Shown: piece by piece, positions 59,111-64,000 of the stretch
How the letters are laid out: every line of letters starts with the position of its first letter
Position numbering within the stretch: the stretch's first letter is position 1
NCBI GenBank assembly: GCA_001782045.1
Contig: MFNK01000003.1
Span: forward strand, 26,070 to 90,069
Direction: 5' to 3'
From: Candidatus Levybacteria bacterium RIFCSPHIGHO2_01_FULL_36_15b
Lineage (GTDB): Bacteria > Patescibacteriota > Microgenomatia > Levybacterales > UBA12049
DNA: 64,000 nt
Notes under the pieces: generated by a model
Databases searched by the model: none
The model's input: only the letters and a program-made list of their open reading frames with translations
Told to the model about the DNA's origin: nothing
Program-made: the position numbers and the translations under genes

Positions 59111-59944
59111 TTATATTATATCAAATTGATGCTCGGCTGCTTCAACTAAATTTTTCATTAGCATTGTTACATTTACTGGTCCTACTCCGCCGGGAGTTGG
59201 AGAATAAAAGGATGCAATATTTTCAATTTCTGCTTCATCATAGTCTCCTTTTAGTTTTCCATCAACCGTATGCATTCCTACCCCGATTAAAATAACACCA
59301 CTTTTTAAATTTTTTACAGTAATTATTTTTTTGCCAACGCTTGATACAATAATATCTGATTTTTTTAAAATCATATCTTTGTCTTTAGTTTTACTGTCGA
59401 CAACTTGGGTTTTAATTTTCAGTTTTTTGAATAAGTTTATAATTGGACCACCTGCGGTAACACCCCTTCCTACCAGTGTAATTTTCTTTGACTTTAAAAA
59501 CTCGTAAATATTTTCATCAGAAAGAGTAGATTCTATTAGTTTTATAACGGCGAGTGCAACCGGAGAAGAAAATTTCGAATAAGGATGGAAGCCATCTACA
59601 TCCTTGGGAACGTATACAGACATCGAAATAGTTTCAAGATCAAGCTGTTTTGGTATAGGCCTTTGTATTATTACTCCTTGAATCTTATTATCGTTATTTA
59701 GTTTTTCAATTAGTTTATAAACAGTTTGAGCTTTTGTTTTTTCATTAAATCTTTTTATTGTTATTTTTGCTCCTATTTGACCGGCTCGAAGCATTTTTTG
59801 TTTTAAATAACTTTCAGTTTGGGAATCATTTCCGAAAGTAATAATATAGAGATGTGGAGTAGTTCCTTTTAATTTGAGTCTGTCTACTCTTTCTTTGAGC
59901 TGTTCAATGAGATTGCCTGCTATTATTTTGCCATCTATTTTCAT
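59111..59944 (-). CDS. folD: methylenetetrahydrofolate dehydrogenase/cyclohydrolase
   Basis: MKIDGKIIAGNL..., GRGVTAGGP Rossmann motif. Confidence 0.85.
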   Translation of the reverse strand: MKIDGKIIAGNLIEQLKERVDRLKLKGTTPHLYIITFGNDSQTESYLKQKMLRAGQIGAKITIKRFNEKTKAQTVYKLIEKLNNDNKIQGVIIQRPIPKQLDLETISMSVYVPKDVDGFHPYSKFSSPVALAVIKLIESTLSDENIYEFLKSKKITLVGRGVTAGGPIINLFKKLKIKTQVVDSKTKDKDMILKKSDIIVSSVGKKIITVKNLKSGVILIGVGMHTVDGKLKGDYDEAEIENIASFYSPTPGGVGPVNVTMLMKNLVEAAEHQFDII

Positions 59945-59956
59945 GGGTTTATTATA

Positions 59957-62425
59957 CTAGAATTCCTCGATGCAGGTGGCAGAGGCAACGCTATCGCCTT
60001 GTTTACTGAAGCGCATTATTATTACACCCTGTGTTGATCTTGAAAGTTTTGGAATTGAGTTAATATCCATTTTTACAATTTGTCCTTTTCGGGACGTTAC
60101 TATCAGCTCTTTTGCCTCCATTGGAATAACCTGAGTTGCTGCTATTTTTCCAGTTTTTTGAGTTACTTCGGCAACTTTTACTCCTTTTCCTCCTCTTCCT
60201 TGTTTTGGAAACTGGTCAATCGCGGTTTTCTTGCCGTATCCATTTTGCATAATTGTTAGAATAAATGGCTTATTTCCTTTTGTAACTATATCCATTTGTA
60301 TAACTTCGTCTTCTTTTCCAATAGAAATTCCCCTTACTCCCATTGTGTTTCTTCCCATTGGCCTAACCTGTTTTTCGTTAAACCTAATGCTTTTTCCGTT
60401 TCTTGTAAATAAGAAAATATCGTCATTGTCTGCCGTTAAATTGCTCCATACAAGCTCGTCTCCTTTTTCAAGTTTTATGGCCAATATTCCGCTTCTTCTA
60501 ATATTTTCAAATTCAGAGATTTTACTTTTCTTTATTGTTCCATTTCTTGTTGCAAGAGTTATGTAAGTAAAGTTGTCCTTTTTTCCGTAAGTTATAAAGG
60601 ATTCGACTTTTTCCCCTGCTTCTATATTTAATAAATTAACAATTGCTGTTCCCTTACTGGTTCTGCTACTTTCAGATATTTCGTAAACTTTGGTTTGGTA
60701 AACTTTTCCTTTATTTGTAAAGAATAATAAATTATCGTGAGTTTCGGCATAAGTAATATTTAGAATTGTGTCTTCTTCTTTTGTAGTCATTCCTATTATT
60801 CCCTTTCCCCCTCTTTGCTGAGTTTTAAAGCTTAAGGTTGATTGTCTTTTTATATATCCGGTGTCGGTTAGGGTTATAACCGTGGGTTCATTTTGAATTA
60901 AATCCTCTTCGGAAAATTCACCGACCTTTCCTTTAAACACTTTCGTTCTTCGCGCGTCGTTATACCTTTCTTTTAGTTTTATTAACTCGTCTTTTATAAC
61001 AGTTAGCATTTTTGCAGGGTGAGCAAGTAAGTCTTCCAAGTAGGCTATCGTTTCTTTAACCATTTTATATTCGTCTTCAATCTTTTGTCGCTCAAGGGCC
61101 GCTAGTCTTCGAAGCTGCATATCTAAAATTGCGGTTGCTTGAATTTCGGATAATTTAAACTTTGTCATCAAATTTTTCTTTGCCTCATCCTGATCACTGG
61201 AGGCCCGAATTGTTTTTATTACTGCGTCAATATTATCAACTGCAATTTTTAAACCCTCTAATATATGAAGCCTAGCCTGTGCTTGCTTAAGTTCAAATTC
61301 GCTTCTTCGTTTAACAACCAAATAGCGATGCTTCAAAAACTCTTCCAAAATTGTTTTTAAATTTAAAGTTTGGGGGGTTCCGTCAACTAAAGCAACAATA
61401 TTTGCAGGAAAAGTAGTTTGCAGGCTTGTTTGTTTAAATAAATTATTAAGAATTTTTTTAGGAGTTGCGTCTCTTTTTAGCTCTACTACTATTCTTATTC
61501 CGTGTCTGTCCGATTCATCCCTTAAATCTGAAATGCCGTCTATCTTTTTCTCTTTAGCAAGTTCCGCAATGCGCGCAACCAGTAACGCTTTATTGACCTG
61601 ATATGGTAGTTCGGTAATTATAATGGCTGATTTTCCTTGTCCGATATCTTCGATTTCTGCTTTTCCTCTAATTATTATTCTTCCTCGCCCGGTCGTATAA
61701 ACATTTTTTATTTCTGTCCAGTCGTAAATTGCTCCTGCAGTTGGAAAATCAGGGCCTTTAATAAATTCTAAAAGTTCATCAACCGTAACGTCGCTTTTAA
61801 TTGAAAATGGTTCAAGTTCTATTTTAGCCTTGCTAATTATATGAGCTATTCCATCAATTACCTCGCTTAGGTTGTGAGGCGGAATTTTGGTAGCCATACC
61901 AACGGCAATGCCCTCAGAACCCATAAGAAGAAGATTTGGTAGTAAGCTTGGTAAAAAAACGGGTTCTTTTAATCTTGCGTCAAAATTTGGAATATAATCT
62001 ACCGTTTCCTTTTCAATATCTAAAAGCATCTCCGTTGTAATTGCTGCCATTCTTGCCTCTGTATATCTCATTGCAGCAGGAGGATCTCCATCCATAGAAC
62101 CAAAATTCCCCTGCCCATCAATTAAGGGGTAACGCATAGAAAAGTCCTGCGCCATGCGAACTAGTGAATCGTATATAGGAACATCGCCGTGAGGATGATA
62201 TTTTCCCATTACTTCTCCAACAACAGTTGCACTTTTTGAATACTTGGCTGCATGAGTAAGTCCAATTTCATGCATGGCAAAAAGAATTCTTCTGTGAACC
62301 GGTTTTAATCCGTCTCTTACATCAGGAAGCGCGCGGGAAACGATAACGCTCATTGCGTAATCCAAATACGCACGTTTCATTTCTGTTGATATCTCAGTCT
62401 GTTGAAGTTTACCTATTTCAGCCAT
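59957..62425 (-). CDS. gyrA: DNA gyrase subunit A
   Basis: AAMRYTE active-site Tyr region, QRGGKG GyrA-box, C-terminal beta-pinwheel repeats. Confidence 0.9.
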   Translation of the reverse strand: MAEIGKLQQTEISTEMKRAYLDYAMSVIVSRALPDVRDGLKPVHRRILFAMHEIGLTHAAKYSKSATVVGEVMGKYHPHGDVPIYDSLVRMAQDFSMRYPLIDGQGNFGSMDGDPPAAMRYTEARMAAITTEMLLDIEKETVDYIPNFDARLKEPVFLPSLLPNLLLMGSEGIAVGMATKIPPHNLSEVIDGIAHIISKAKIELEPFSIKSDVTVDELLEFIKGPDFPTAGAIYDWTEIKNVYTTGRGRIIIRGKAEIEDIGQGKSAIIITELPYQVNKALLVARIAELAKEKKIDGISDLRDESDRHGIRIVVELKRDATPKKILNNLFKQTSLQTTFPANIVALVDGTPQTLNLKTILEEFLKHRYLVVKRRSEFELKQAQARLHILEGLKIAVDNIDAVIKTIRASSDQDEAKKNLMTKFKLSEIQATAILDMQLRRLAALERQKIEDEYKMVKETIAYLEDLLAHPAKMLTVIKDELIKLKERYNDARRTKVFKGKVGEFSEEDLIQNEPTVITLTDTGYIKRQSTLSFKTQQRGGKGIIGMTTKEEDTILNITYAETHDNLLFFTNKGKVYQTKVYEISESSRTSKGTAIVNLLNIEAGEKVESFITYGKKDNFTYITLATRNGTIKKSKISEFENIRRSGILAIKLEKGDELVWSNLTADNDDIFLFTRNGKSIRFNEKQVRPMGRNTMGVRGISIGKEDEVIQMDIVTKGNKPFILTIMQNGYGKKTAIDQFPKQGRGGKGVKVAEVTQKTGKIAATQVIPMEAKELIVTSRKGQIVKMDINSIPKLSRSTQGVIIMRFSKQGDSVASATCIEEF

Positions 62426-62434
62426 GTCGTTTAT

Positions 62435-62544
62435 GAGCGGGTCCTGCCGCTAGTTCCTTCCCGCCAGTGCTCACTCGAATATTTTCTTTCAGAAAATAGC
62501 TCATTCCGCGCTGTCAGGAGTCCTTCCCTTGCGTCACCCCCGCC
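62435..62544. repeat. copy B of the ~110-nt repeated structured element, 10-12 nt upstream of the gyrA start (minus strand)
   Basis: About 85% identical to 20152-20262; hairpin 62480-62498 (8-bp stem, UUC loop). Confidence 0.4.
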
Positions 62545-62550
62545 TTTTAT

Positions 62551-64000
62551 TTACATAAGAAAGGAGGCGATCAAAAGAGCAACGATATTTAAAACCTTAA
62601 TCATTGGATTGATCGCAGGTCCTGCAGTATCTTTGTATGGATCGCCTACCGTATCTCCGGTTACGGCAGCTTGGTGAGCAAAGCTTCCCTTGCCCCCCAA
62701 GTTTCCTTCTTCTATATATTTCTTTGTGTTATCCCATGCGGCTCCGCCTGTTGTCATAGAAATAGCAATAAATAGTCCTGTTACAATACTTCCTATTAAA
62801 AGTCCTCCTAAGGCTTGCGCTCCAAGTAAAAATCCTACTGCAATAGGCGCAATTAATGTAATTGCAGCTGGTAAAATCATTTCCTTAATTGCTGCTTTTG
62901 TTACTATGTCTACTGCTTTTCCGTACTCAGGTTTTACTTTTCCGCTCATTAGCCCCTTTATTTCTCTAAATTGTCTTCTTACCTCATCTACTATCGAAAC
63001 ACTTGCCTTTCCTACTGCTTCCATCGCCAAGGCTGCAAATAAATACGGAAGTGCTCCTCCTATAAAAAGTCCTACCAAAACAGCAGGATCAGAAAGAGAA
63101 AATGCTACAGTAATGCCCTTTGCGCCTTTTGCTAACTCTTGTGTATAGCTTGCAAATAAAACTAAAGCGGCAAGTCCGGCACTTCCTATTGCATAAGCTT
63201 TTGTTACTGCTTTTGTCGTATTGCCTACTGCATCTAAAGGATCCGTAACGTCTCTTACTTTTTTGTCCAGTCCTGCCATTTCTGCAATTCCTCCCGCATT
63301 ATCTGTAATTGGTCCGAATGCATCAATTGCAACTATTATTCCTGCCAAGGAAAGCATGCTCATGGCTGCTGCTGCAACCCCATAAAGCCCGGCTAGTGTG
63401 TATGAAGCAAGTATTGCGCCCGCAATAAGAAGAATAGGCGCAAAAGTTGCCTTCATAGAAACTGCAAGACCTGCAATTACATTTGTTCCGTGTCCGGTTG
63501 AAGATGCATTTGCAATTGTTTTAACAGGAGAAAACTTTTTAGATGTAAAGTATTCTGTAATTACTACCATACCAATTGTTACACCAAGTCCAATAAGTAA
63601 GCAGTAAAAAAGATTTAAAGATGGAATTCCTAGTCCAGTTTGAAATACATAATTTGTCAAAAGCCAAAACCCACCTACAGAAACAAGTAGCGCGACAATT
63701 AATCCCTGATATAAGCCTTTCATAATAGAGTTTCCGGATATTTTTACAAACCAAGTCCCGACAATACTTGCAACTATAGAAACTGCGCCTATTAACATTG
63801 GAAAATATAAAATGCTTGTATTGTTTGGAAACAAAAGATTTCCTAAAATCATTGCAGCAACTGCGGTAATAACATAAGTTTCAAATAAATCTGCTGCCAT
63901 TCCGGCATCATCCCCCACGTTATCCCCTACTAAATCGGCAATTACCCCGGGGTTTCTTGGATCATCTTCCGGAATTCCTTTTTCTATTTTTCCAACCATG
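62551..64000 (-). CDS. hppA: H+-translocating pyrophosphatase (membrane V-PPase), 5' part beyond window
   Basis: [32 protein letters not shown] and other V-PPase motifs; the ORF runs off the window end. Confidence 0.8.
   Translation of the reverse strand, partial: MVGKIEKGIPEDDPRNPGVIADLVGDNVGDDAGMAADLFETYVITAVAAMILGNLLFPNNTSILYFPMLIGAVSIVASIVGTWFVKISGNSIMKGLYQGLIVALLVSVGGFWLLTNYVFQTGLGIPSLNLFYCLLIGLGVTIGMVVITEYFTSKKFSPVKTIANASSTGHGTNVIAGLAVSMKATFAPILLIAGAILASYTLAGLYGVAAAAMSMLSLAGIIVAIDAFGPITDNAGGIAEMAGLDKKVRDVTDPLDAVGNTTKAVTKAYAIGSAGLAALVLFASYTQELAKGAKGITVAFSLSDPAVLVGLFIGGALPYLFAALAMEAVGKASVSIVDEVRRQFREIKGLMSGKVKPEYGKAVDIVTKAAIKEMILPAAITLIAPIAVGFLLGAQALGGLLIGSIVTGLFIAISMTTGGAAWDNTKKYIEEGNLGGKGSFAHQAAVTGDTVGDPYKDTAGPAINPMIKVLNIVALLIASFLM

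Noticed and set aside
62551-64000. Complete H+-PPase gene starting at Met 63999
   Set aside because: That Met is internal. The 482-aa product is too short for a V-PPase (about 650-750 aa) and the ORF is open to the window edge, so the feature is reported as partial.

Overview
This 64-kb window is low-GC and gene-dense, with many start/stop overlaps of the ATGA/TAATG type. It looks like a small-genome bacterium, possibly a CPR/Patescibacteria-like lineage; that is inference from gene content and compaction only. The standard genetic code fits throughout.

Most of the window is housekeeping: frr (5'-truncated), rseP, gdh, proS, rpsU, ybeY, dnaX, ybaB, prs, recR, cysS, a two-subunit (split) transketolase, glycerate kinase, ychF, rpsF-ssb-rpsR, ctpA-like protease, murB, a Kef-type antiporter, prfA, rpmE, hisS, dnaB, a tRNA-Leu(CAA), efp, an MFS transporter, rluA-like, yebC, murI, a GH18 hydrolase, xerC/D, folD, gyrA and a partial H+-PPase.

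Against that background I see these candidate accessory or unusual loci:
- (1) 1392-4752, minus strand: a two-gene operon of a MORC/HSP90-type GHKL ATPase plus a 617-aa K/E-rich protein with no recognisable domain. It sits between gdh and rseP behind a palindromic operator-like promoter. This is my top candidate for an undescribed system.
- (2) 25.4-28.1 kb: a cluster of hypothetical genes with a repeated 17-bp promoter motif. It includes a protein whose C-terminus matches the Hypoth_Ymh/TIGR02391 HEPN-like hallmark (RDRKAH), followed by a GC-rich HExxH gene cassette flanked by perfect 18-bp direct repeats that duplicate the ychF promoter.
- (3) A roughly 110-nt structured element present twice (upstream of tktB and of gyrA), with a compensatory indel in a hairpin stem.
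- (4) An 823-bp ORF-free, AT-rich region (52635-53457) with two DnaA-box-like motifs, near xerC.

No CRISPR array, rRNA or obvious transposase was seen.
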